From Treponema sp. UBA4377 (lineage in GTDB: Bacteria; Spirochaetota; Spirochaetia; Treponematales; Treponemataceae), in contig DGRX01000013.1 of the NCBI GenBank assembly GCA_002391235.1, positions 68,742 to 132,741 on the forward strand: DNA of 64,000 bases. The letters run 5' to 3'. The position numbers and the translations under genes were made by a program. Positions within the stretch are counted from its first letter, which is position 1. Each line of letters starts with the position of its first letter. Of the stretch, positions 27,033 through 34,022 are shown piece by piece. The notes beneath the pieces were generated by a model that saw only the letters and a program-made list of their open reading frames with translations, was not told the origin of the DNA and searched no databases.

Positions 27033-27676
27033 GTCGTTTTCTCCAACAGTTCCGAAAACTTCAACAACTCAAATCTATTCGTGTCAACGCAAACATTTAT
27101 GTATTGCGCGGGGTTGACCTTTTGCTTTTTCCAGTGCTTGTTGAAGTCGCTCAAAAAATAGTCCTCCGTCACAAGCTTCTCGTGCGTGTGGCCGTGAATG
27201 TTGAATAGGCCGCCGTCACTTTTTGGGTCAAGAAAAACAGGTTCGTGCGACAAGACCATGTTCCCGTATAGCAAAGGTCCCTTAAAAACCTTGTCAAAAC
27301 CTAGATGTTCAAAAAACTCGATGTAAGTTTTGAACGGCGTTTTCTTCGTCTGAAAGTCGTGGTTGCCAAGAATCAAAAGCATCTTGCGGTTTTTCTTCAT
27401 CCGCATTATGTCGTTCATGATTCTTGCCTCTTCAATGCGGAGGTTCATGAACACGTCGCCAAAATTCCAAATCAGGCAATCGTCCGGCAGAGCGTCGAAT
27501 TTCTTCAAAAGGAATTCGTTCATCTTTGCGCAGCCTTCCGGGGAAAAGTCAAACGGACGGCCGCAATACTTTATGATGTTCGTGTGGTAAAGGTGCAGGT
27601 CGCTTGTTACAAAAATCTTTTCGGGCGGATAGCCTTGCGAGAATTCTTGTGGTGTCAGAGATTGGAATTGCTGCAT
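27029..27676 (-). CDS. calcineurin-like metallophosphoesterase (paralog of 46536..47183)
   Basis: Motifs SDLHLYH, FGDVF, GNHD, HGHTH; 4-bp overlap with the downstream phosphoesterase gene. Confidence 0.8.
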   Translation of the reverse strand: MQQFQSLTPQEFSQGYPPEKIFVTSDLHLYHTNIIKYCGRPFDFSPEGCAKMNEFLLKKFDALPDDCLIWNFGDVFMNLRIEEARIMNDIMRMKKNRKMLLILGNHDFQTKKTPFKTYIEFFEHLGFDKVFKGPLLYGNMVLSHEPVFLDPKSDGGLFNIHGHTHEKLVTEDYFLSDFNKHWKKQKVNPAQYINVCVDTNRFELLKFSELLEKTT

Positions 27677-27680
27677 TTTT

Positions 27681-28592
27681 TTATGGCCCCTCGAATGTAA
27701 TATAATCCCAGTTGGGCTGGCGTTCCATCATCAAAAGAAGGCGATCAGCCAAAGTCCTGTAATACTCCGCCGCCTCTTCGTCCAACGATTCGTCCTTTGA
27801 AAATTCTTTCATTTCTGCGGCCATCTTTCTTACAGTGTCGTATGTATAAAGGTTGTAGCCCCACCAGTCAAATTCAGGTTCAGGATAATTTTTGCAGGTA
27901 TATTTAATAGAAGTGTCATAATGCGGTTTTAAAAATTGAAGATACAAATAAAACATTACGACATCTTCTTCAATTGAAATTTCTTCTTCATAACAGCAGA
28001 AACAACCCCATGATCCTTCAGAAGAGTCTTTACCCTGTTTTACAGGCATTACCCAAAAACAGGAACCAGTATTATGTCCTTCTTCCCAATATGGATCCGT
28101 GTAAGCCCTCTGAATTGTTGCATTATTTATAGCCTTTCTTAATGCAGGAAATACTTCTTTTAGATTTTCAGAAAAACGGAAAACTTCCTTATTATGACGA
28201 AGAACATGCTCAAGTGAAGTCGTAAGAACTCTATCATAGTTCTTCAAGCGAACTGCATACGGTTTATTATGCTTTTCCGCCATCAGAATGTCATGCAAAC
28301 TGCCGCCAGATTCTCCGTCCCACAACACAAGCATAAAGTCGCAAGCCTTTGCCATTTCCTCGTTTCGCTTATGACAGGCTTTATTGTGATATTTATCATA
28401 ATCAGGAAGGTATTCAACTACTGGAATATTGTTTTCAATTGCATACTCTTTCGCGATTGAATCCACTCCTCGCGCGCCGCCTTCTAGAATTGTAATATCC
28501 TTAAAACCAGACATATAAATGCATTCATTAATTTCTGAAAAAATCCATTTTTTGTCCGTAATTGTTCGGCTTCCGCAAATAAATATATTCAT
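27681..28592 (-). CDS. SLOG-domain (DUF2493/YpsA-like) protein with an unknown C-terminal domain of about 180 aa
   Basis: N-terminal ICGSR...ILEGGARGVDSIAKEYA...VLWDGES.GS is the Rossmann-like SLOG signature. The C-terminal half has no motif I recognise. Confidence 0.6.
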   Translation of the reverse strand: MNIFICGSRTITDKKWIFSEINECIYMSGFKDITILEGGARGVDSIAKEYAIENNIPVVEYLPDYDKYHNKACHKRNEEMAKACDFMLVLWDGESGGSLHDILMAEKHNKPYAVRLKNYDRVLTTSLEHVLRHNKEVFRFSENLKEVFPALRKAINNATIQRAYTDPYWEEGHNTGSCFWVMPVKQGKDSSEGSWGCFCCYEEEISIEEDVVMFYLYLQFLKPHYDTSIKYTCKNYPEPEFDWWGYNLYTYDTVRKMAAEMKEFSKDESLDEEAAEYYRTLADRLLLMMERQPNWDYITFEGP

Positions 28593-28722
28593 AAGGCCCC
28601 GTCCTTTAACGCAAGAAAGTTAAATAAGTTTTCTTGAACATTTTCCACATGCTGCAAATCCTCGTCAATCAAAAACTCGTCTGGCAGCGAGCCGCTTTTG
28701 TCTTCAAACGGAGCGGCGTATT

Positions 28723-29046
28723 TTAAGACGCAGTTTTTGGAAGAAGTTTTTTCACTTCAACTGCAAGGGCGATTCCTCGTTTGTGAAAATCACGCCAATC
28801 AAAAGTTTTGGCCAAATCTTCCGGCGTTGTTTCTCCAGATTCGCAAGGGGCAAGCGCTTGAAAGACAAATAAAGAGAGCCACTCTTTGAGTTCCGGCATA
28901 TTGAGGTCTATGTCGCGCCCCGGCAAGGTCAGATGTTCGTCGTCGCCTATGCAGAATCCCCGTTCCTCGTCGCCTTCGTTGTCGTTCCAAAACAGGGCGT
29001 TCGCGTCAGGTTCCATTTTTATCAAATATGGCTTGCATTCCTTCAT
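28723..29046 (-). CDS. hypothetical protein (possibly frameshifted at its 3' end)
   Basis: 107 aa ORF. A further 44 codons in another frame run to 28589 and end in an ATGA overlap with the SLOG gene. Confidence 0.5.
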   Translation of the reverse strand: MKECKPYLIKMEPDANALFWNDNEGDEERGFCIGDDEHLTLPGRDIDLNMPELKEWLSLFVFQALAPCESGETTPEDLAKTFDWRDFHKRGIALAVEVKKLLPKTAS

Positions 29047-29339
29047 TCAAACTCTTCCTTTTTCTCATATTCAATCGTAACGAAATCCGTGGCCAAAAGG
29101 TCGTCAACTTTGACTCCAAGAATATAGGCAAGGGCGACAAGGTTGTCAAGCGTGGGCAAGTTCCTGCCGGAGAACCAATTGTACATTGTCTGGACATAGG
29201 GAAAGCCAAGCATTGCGGCAACGCGATGAAGGGTGACGCATTTTTGTTTCATGAGACGCTTGATTTTTTTTCCAGTTCCCTCTATGCTAAGAACCGGTTT
29301 GCAAAAAACAGCTTTCATCGCTTTGTCCAACAAGCGCAT
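29043..29339 (-). CDS. XRE-family HTH transcriptional regulator
   Basis: GKKIKRLMKQKCVTLHRVAAMLGFPYVQTMYNWFSGRNLPTLDNLVALAYILGVKVDDLL; paralog of 40444..40710. Confidence 0.75.
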   Translation of the reverse strand: MRLLDKAMKAVFCKPVLSIEGTGKKIKRLMKQKCVTLHRVAAMLGFPYVQTMYNWFSGRNLPTLDNLVALAYILGVKVDDLLATDFVTIEYEKKEEFE

Positions 29340-29396
29340 TTTACAGCATGTCTGTAACTCTTGTCATTAAACTAAAAATGTAATACCATTTAAGAC

Positions 29397-30215
29397 ATGA
29401 AAGCCAAGTTTCTTGTTCCGGAGATTGACACAAAAAGATGGGCCGAAGACTTTAAGGAACAGATTCGGCTTTATGATTTAAAGTCAAAGAACTTAAAAGA
29501 CATAAGCGCGTGGCCAAATTCCGAACAAAGAATTAACAAGTTCAAAAACGGCGCGATACCTACGATAGATTCTTTTTTGGCGCTTTGCAGGTTTTTCAAC
29601 AGGCCGCCTGATGTTCTTTTACGCCCAATTCACAAATGGGTTGAGTGCGAGATTGACCGCTCGATTGACGACTTTTTGCCATTCCGGATTTTAGGACAAT
29701 ACGAAGGAACTTATTATATCGTTCCCAATTATAAAGTTTATGACAGCTGCGCCGAATTTATTCTCGGGGAAAAAATCAAGAGCCTTAAAAAAGAGCCGGA
29801 TCCCGCTCGGTATTCAGACTATCATCAGCGGGGGACCAAGTATGACTTGGACAACCGCGTCGTAGAGGGAAAAATAATTTATCATTTTCCTTCTCTGAAT
29901 GAGGAAAAAACTTCCGCCAAAATTTTTTCTATTTTGGAGAAGCGCGGCCTGTCCAACAAGCAAGTCCAAACTCTGCTAGGCTTGAGCCCCCAGTCGCTGG
30001 CAAACAGAAAAAAGGTGAGGCAGGCGTGGACAATCAAGGACATTTACAAATTGTCATGGATTTTGAACCTAAGGTTTGAAGACCTGCTGGAAATAGATTA
30101 CCTCGACAAGAAAACCACCCGAAAATCTCTTTTTGACCCGATTGTTTTCATAATGCATTATGAGCCTAGAAAGAAAAAGGCTCCCGCCAAAAAGCCCGCT
30201 CGCCACGATGATTAA
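29397..30215 (+). CDS. double-HTH protein (paralog of 39634..40422)
   Basis: N-terminal XRE-like HTH (NKFKNGAIPTIDSFLALCRFFNRPPDVLL) and a second HTH (LSNKQVQTLLGLSPQSLANRKK..IKDIYKLSWILNLRFEDLL). Confidence 0.6.
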   Translation: MKAKFLVPEIDTKRWAEDFKEQIRLYDLKSKNLKDISAWPNSEQRINKFKNGAIPTIDSFLALCRFFNRPPDVLLRPIHKWVECEIDRSIDDFLPFRILGQYEGTYYIVPNYKVYDSCAEFILGEKIKSLKKEPDPARYSDYHQRGTKYDLDNRVVEGKIIYHFPSLNEEKTSAKIFSILEKRGLSNKQVQTLLGLSPQSLANRKKVRQAWTIKDIYKLSWILNLRFEDLLEIDYLDKKTTRKSLFDPIVFIMHYEPRKKKAPAKKPARHDD

Positions 30216-30331
30216 ATACAAATTGATATTACTCACGCTGTGTAATTTCTTTACACAACATGTTTAATGACAATCCCCCTCTTGAGGCATTATTATAGGG
30301 GCACTGTACTTATAAAAATCAGGAGGTTTTT

Positions 30332-30529
30332 ATGTTTGTTGGAGGAATTGTTCTAATAATTATTGGAATAATTGGAAGGCTTTTTGCGTCAGTGACTCAT
30401 ATCACTGACACCACTGCAAAAGCGATGGGCTGGATAGCCTTGAACAAGATTGTGGGCTTTTTAAGTTGGTTTATGCTGGTAATTGGCGGGATGCTTGTTT
30501 TTCTCGCGATTATGTCAGGGGCGGTTTGA
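30332..30529 (+). CDS. small membrane protein (two predicted TM segments)
   Basis: 65 aa, GGAGG RBS; a half-site TTTAATGACA plus TATTAT promoter lies upstream. Confidence 0.5.
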   Translation: MFVGGIVLIIIGIIGRLFASVTHITDTTAKAMGWIALNKIVGFLSWFMLVIGGMLVFLAIMSGAV

Positions 30530-30531
30530 CT

Positions 30532-30759
30532 TTAGCCGCGGACAAGCTGCATGGCGTAATCCCAGTCTATGACCAACGGCAACTTGTCCGTGTCTTTTAC
30601 AAGGCTGATTGAAAAGTCAGCGCCTTGCCCGGTGATATAATGCATTTTGATTGTGTCGCCTGTTTTAATTTTTATATAAAGCGAGTCTTCCGGAAAACAA
30701 TCGGACTCATGAATTTGATAGTCGCTGAGAAAGAAAAACAATCGTTCCAAAACGCTCAT
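30532..30759 (-). CDS. hypothetical protein, probably the 3' part of a frameshifted gene
   Basis: The in-frame upstream sequence (to about 30860) reads YTDDIEYADWQNIVPQEWIDEAAAEGNANNALQKYFDT but has no start. An ATG (MVHYI) sits in another frame at about 30884. Confidence 0.45.
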   Translation of the reverse strand: MSVLERLFFFLSDYQIHESDCFPEDSLYIKIKTGDTIKMHYITGQGADFSISLVKDTDKLPLVIDWDYAMQLVRG

Positions 30760-30894
30760 CGTGTCAAAATATTTTTGGAGCGCATTGTTCGCGTTTCCTT
30801 CTGCTGCGGCCTCATCAATCCATTCTTGCGGAACGATGTTCTGCCAATCGGCGTATTCAATGTCGTCCGTATATAATGAACCATTTCAAAAAGT

Positions 30895-30930
30895 GTGACA
30901 AGAACAGTGACAGTAAAATCAAGAATAAAA
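30895..30930 (+). repeat. about 36-bp direct repeat flanking vapBC (left copy)
   Basis: GTGACAAGAACAGTGACAGTAAAATCAAGAATAAAA compared with 31713..31748 GTGACAGTAGAAGTGACAGCAAAATCGAGAATAAAA; resembles the int-proximal GTGACAGCA tandem. Confidence 0.6.
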
Positions 30931-30946
30931 ACTCAATAATCTCGCT

Positions 30947-31351
30947 TTATTCCCTTGTCCAATCCTCAACTTTTATCCAAGGAATGCGGGCAAATTCATC
31001 ATAGTTATTTGTAACGACAGTAAGATTTCTTGTCATTGCCTGGGCGGCAATTTGTATGTCGTAAGGGCCGATTGGTTTCCCTTCCTTTTCAAGGTAAGCC
31101 CTTATCAAGCCATAGGCTTCCGTGTCTTCTGTTGTAAAATCTATTATGTTGTTGAAATCGGCGCAAAAATTTAATAACGCCTGGCGGTTCTTTTCTCTGT
31201 TCTGGCTTTTAGAAGCTCCATATCCCATCTCCGCAATTGTGACAGAGGAGAGAAACAGTTCTTCGCTGTTAGATGAGAGAATTTTCTTCGTAAGATTTGG
31301 GAACTTATTCTTTATCAAGAAAATGCAGATGTTCGTGTCCAATAGGTGCAT
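30947..31351 (-). CDS. vapC: PIN-domain toxin VapC
   Basis: MHLLDTNICIFLIK... acidic PIN residues (D6, E, D, TNN); overlaps the vapB stop. Confidence 0.85.
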   Translation of the reverse strand: MHLLDTNICIFLIKNKFPNLTKKILSSNSEELFLSSVTIAEMGYGASKSQNREKNRQALLNFCADFNNIIDFTTEDTEAYGLIRAYLEKEGKPIGPYDIQIAAQAMTRNLTVVTNNYDEFARIPWIKVEDWTRE

Positions 31352-31581
31352 TAGAATTCTTCCCTTGACTCAAGCTTTGGTTGATTCCTTCCTGCTGACA
31401 TAAAATCATCCGTAAACTCCGAAAGGCTTTTCTTAAGATTTTCCCAGGGGCGATTCCGTGGATATAGAATTATTGTTGTTCCAATTTTTTTTATGAACAT
31501 TTCAGAGTGGTCAATATGATATTCCTTGGGAATTCTTACAGCCTGGCTGTTTCCGCTTGTGAATACTTTAGTAGCGTACAT
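31351..31581 (-). CDS. vapB: AbrB/SpoVT-type antitoxin VapB
   Basis: MYATKVFTSGNSQAVRIPKEY swapped-hairpin motif; start at 31581 with GGAGG upstream. Confidence 0.8.
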   Translation of the reverse strand: MYATKVFTSGNSQAVRIPKEYHIDHSEMFIKKIGTTIILYPRNRPWENLKKSLSEFTDDFMSAGRNQPKLESREEF

Positions 31582-31712
31582 AGAGAACCTCCTTTTAATA
31601 GTATATACACAAGTATTTACATTTGTCAAGAAAAATATAATCCGTTTCCATTTTTGTTCGAGTGCGCACGAAAGGAAGGAAACGGAGGAAATGCCCCTTG
31701 CTTTCAAAAAGC

Positions 31713-31748
31713 GTGACAGTAGAAGTGACAGCAAAATCGAGAATAAAA
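31713..31748 (+). repeat. about 36-bp direct repeat flanking vapBC (right copy)
   Basis: See 30895..30930; lies 12 nt from the tRNA-mimic element. Confidence 0.6.
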
Positions 31749-31759
31749 TCAGAAAAAAA

Positions 31760-31849
31760 CGTTGTTACGGCGGGAGTCGAACCCGCAATATCAGCTCTTC
31801 GGTTTACAAAGAACTGCCCGCTACCGTGTTGCGACCATCAATAACAACG
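31760..31849 (-). ncRNA. tRNA-mimic element TL1
   Basis: Minus strand: an 8-9 bp acceptor-like stem CGTTGTTA/TAACAACG, linker TTGATGG, D arm TCGC-AACACGGTA-GCGG, an 8-9 bp anticodon-like stem, canonical T arm GCGGG-TTCGACT-CCCGC, then TTTTTTT. Not a canonical tRNA. Confidence 0.55.
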
Positions 31850-31946
31850 GGAAGCGGCGGATGCCATAAAAGCTGTAACGGCAAGTTATGGCTACAAGCC
31901 TGAGCGCTCTTTTCTCCGCGGACAGGCGGGTGCCGCCATTGCTTCC
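31850..31946 (-). ncRNA. 3WJ element, copy v2 (directly 5' of TL1 on the minus strand)
   Basis: Nearly identical to v1. On the minus strand it is preceded by the hairpin CGGCAAGA-TTTTTG-TCTTGCCG plus a T run. Confidence 0.5.
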
Positions 31947-31949
31947 AAA

Positions 31950-32057
31950 AAAACGGCAAGACAAAAATCTTGCCGACGTTGCCCAAGTTAGCGGATTTCT
32001 CCGTTGTTCCCCCGGCGCCTTCCAATATAGCGCGCGTCCGCGTTTTTGTCATTAAAG
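31950..32057 (+). repeat. about 108-bp direct repeat (second copy at 32282..32389)
   Basis: AAACGGCAAGACAAAAATCTTGCCG...GCGGATTTCTCCG.TG.TCCCCCGGC..CTTCCAATATAGCGCGCGTC....TTTTTGTCATTAAAG. Confidence 0.7.
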
Positions 32058-32069
32058 TAATACTTTATT
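32050..32069. promoter_or_regulatory. palindromic cassette-boundary site s1 (variant CATTAAAG-taata-CTTTATT)
   Basis: The right arm runs into TTGACA (32068..32073), followed by N17 and TACACT (32091..32096), forming a plus-strand promoter. Confidence 0.6.
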
Positions 32070-32100
32070 GACAACTTCTTCTTTTTAGCTTACACTTAAA

Positions 32101-32170
32101 GAGCCTTGAGTGGCCGACCATGGGGGCAATAGTAGCCCTTTTCCGATTGACCACTTGAGGATTTTTTTTG
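32101..32170 (+). ncRNA. hairpin small RNA unit (HP family), copy a
   Basis: Starts about 7 nt after TACACT. Long imperfect hairpin GCCTTGAGTGG...CCACTTGAGG followed by T8. G-U pairs occur only on this strand. Confidence 0.5.
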
Positions 32171-32281
32171 CCCAATCGACTGTATGATATCGTTGGGCAA
32201 TTTTTTTTTGCAAAAAAAGGAGCCAAGAAAACCCAATATGCCGCGCTCTTATTACGCGGTGTTTTGATTTTCTTGGCTCAT

Positions 32282-32389
32282 AAAACGGCAAGACAAAAAT
32301 CTTGCCGCAAACACCCGAGTTGGCGGATTTCTCCGGTGCTCCCCCGGCATCTTCCAATATAGCGCGCGTCTGGGTTTTTGTCATTAAAG
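32282..32389 (+). repeat. about 108-bp direct repeat, second copy
   Basis: See 31950..32057. Confidence 0.7.
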
Positions 32390-32401
32390 TTCTGCTTTAA
32401 T
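32382..32401. promoter_or_regulatory. palindromic site s2 (CATTAAAG-ttctg-CTTTAAT)
   Basis: Contains the TAA stop of the ATPase gene; leftward ATGACA-N17-TATATT promoter. Confidence 0.6.
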
Positions 32402-33767
32402 GCGCGAACCGTGTTATCGTGTCTTCGATGGAATAGCCGCTGTCATTGGAATTGTTGTAAATGTCAATTAAAAAATATGAAATATCCAGCGCTGTCGTTT
32501 TTGAATCCATGTCGCATTTTCCATCGCAAAGAGTGGCAGAAAAAGCAATCTTGCCAAAATTTTCTTCTATGCAATCCGCAAGGGGCTTTGTCTCAAGTTG
32601 CCCCGAATGGTTGATTTCAAAAGCGAAAGTCTTTTTTTCTTTTCTGTCGCAAATGATTAAAATCGCGATGTCCTCATAGCCTTTGGATTTTGCCAACACT
32701 CTTGCGACGCGCCATCTGTACAGTTTTGTATATCCCAAGTCTTCGCAATAGTCGCCCTTTTTCTCCAGCATTTTGAATGCGTCCGCTATTACGAATTGTT
32801 CTAGAATTTTTTCATAAGCGCGCTCGCGGCTGTTGTTCAAACTTGCGAAGTACATTCCTGGATTTGAAAGCACCTCAAGACGATGGCAGCTTTTGTTCTC
32901 TTTTGGGTTGTCGAGGTTCACACGCAAGGTTTCTATGGGAAGTTCAAGTATCACATCCATTTCTTTTAGAAGCTTGTGAACTGTTTCATAAATCCGTTCC
33001 GAATATGAGTTGTAGAAATCGTCCAGCCCAATATTTTGAATGTAAAAATTTATAATCGTGCGAATCGCGTTTTCGGCCTCTTTTCTTTTGCAAGGATTTT
33101 TCAAATCGAGCGGGTAGCAATGCGGGCCTTTGTCGCTTTTTTCAACCGACTTTATGAAATTATCGACGATGCAAGATTCGATGTATTCTTTTGTTGACTG
33201 TTTTGTTTCAAAAGGATTTTGCTTTGACAGCGCGCATCCATGTTTGATGTAATGGTCGATGGAACTGTTGCCTCTAATTCTTGCGAATTCCGCAAACGGC
33301 ATGTATGTTGTATGAACAATTTCGATTCTGTCATACAAGCTTGAATGCGACGCAAGCGACAGCCCCAAAGACTCTGTTCCCGACACGACAATTCTGGCGT
33401 TTTTTAAGTCAACTAAATTGTCTGAAAGAACTTCCGCCAAAATTTGGAATTTGTCGGTAAGAGTTATCTCGTCAATAAAAAAATATTTTTTTCCGCTTGC
33501 GATTGACTCTCTTAAAAATTCCACAATCCGGCGAAAATTGGATTCTTTTTCACAAGTGATGAAAACGGATTTTTTTCTTTCTTCGTCTGGAATGGAAAGA
33601 GCCGCTTGCTTCATAAGCGTTGTTTTTCCTGTTCTTTTAAGCCCAAAAACGCCGCAAATTCGTTTTTGGTTTTCACTGCGCAAGTAATTAACAATCTTGG
33701 AAAGACAATCTCGCTTTTGAGGAAATTCATCTTTTATTTTGGAAATGTCAGTGGACCTAAAATCCAT
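32397..33767 (-). CDS. AAA+ ATPase (COG1373-like, probable DUF4143 C-terminal domain)
   Basis: Walker A GLKRTGKTT, Walker B FFIDEIT; 456 aa. Confidence 0.7.
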   Translation of the reverse strand: MDFRSTDISKIKDEFPQKRDCLSKIVNYLRSENQKRICGVFGLKRTGKTTLMKQAALSIPDEERKKSVFITCEKESNFRRIVEFLRESIASGKKYFFIDEITLTDKFQILAEVLSDNLVDLKNARIVVSGTESLGLSLASHSSLYDRIEIVHTTYMPFAEFARIRGNSSIDHYIKHGCALSKQNPFETKQSTKEYIESCIVDNFIKSVEKSDKGPHCYPLDLKNPCKRKEAENAIRTIINFYIQNIGLDDFYNSYSERIYETVHKLLKEMDVILELPIETLRVNLDNPKENKSCHRLEVLSNPGMYFASLNNSRERAYEKILEQFVIADAFKMLEKKGDYCEDLGYTKLYRWRVARVLAKSKGYEDIAILIICDRKEKKTFAFEINHSGQLETKPLADCIEENFGKIAFSATLCDGKCDMDSKTTALDISYFLIDIYNNSNDSGYSIEDTITRFAH

Positions 33768-33816
33768 AATTTCTTTTTGGCGGACAGGCGGGTGCCGCCA
33801 TTGCTTCCAAAAAAAT

Positions 33817-33928
33817 AAACTTTTGAAGAAGCGGGAGCGCTCTATATGCGAGTCTCAAATCCTCAAAAGTTTATGCCGAGGGCGTTAAGTGTGGTTACGC
33901 TCTATATGCGAGTTAGCACACTTAACGC
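33817..33928 (-). promoter_or_regulatory. 5' leader of the ATPase gene with two hairpins carrying a conserved loop
   Basis: The stems differ (AAACTTTTGA/TCAAAAGTTT and GCGTTAAGTGTG/CACACTTAACGC) but the loops share CGCTCTATATGCGAGT. A third copy lies at 42129..42185. Confidence 0.5.
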
Positions 33929-33968
33929 TCTCGACAGGATTGATTATAGCGCGCGTCTGGGTTTTTGT

Positions 33969-33988
33969 CATTAAAGTTCTGCTTTAAT
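33969..33988. promoter_or_regulatory. palindromic site s3 (CATTAAAG-ttctg-CTTTAAT)
   Basis: Leftward promoter ATGACA-N17-TATAAT feeds the ATPase leader. A rightward GATATAAT box lies at about 34010. Confidence 0.6.
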
Positions 33989-34022
33989 GCGCGAACTGGC
34001 GGCGCGCGATATAATTACAAAT

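Noticed and set aside
26076-27161. Long antisense ORFs: 26076..27161, 18622..19617, 52403..53119, 51614..52360, 55826..56488, 57113..57937, 62586..63263, 5591..6520
   Set aside because: Each lies opposite to, or out of frame within, a gene with clear family motifs. Their products are Arg/Ala/Gly-rich, low-complexity shadow-frame translations.
31760-31849. Functional tRNA genes at 31760..31849 and 45927..46010
   Set aside because: The acceptor-like stems are 8-10 bp, and a 4-7 nt linker replaces positions 8-9. The anticodon stems are 6-9 bp with no canonical 7-nt loop (no U33, no purine 37). There is no sensible anticodon. They are reported as tRNA mimics instead.
31804-32384. ORFs 31804..32052 and 32085..32384 (MTKT.TRAILE...), also 45964..46158, 24993..25361, and the N-terminal extensions of 46536..47363 and 41157..41690
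   Set aside because: They are read entirely through repeat elements (3WJ repeat, palindrome, 108-bp repeat). They share peptide strings only because the DNA repeats are shared. They lack RBSs and overlap better-supported features.
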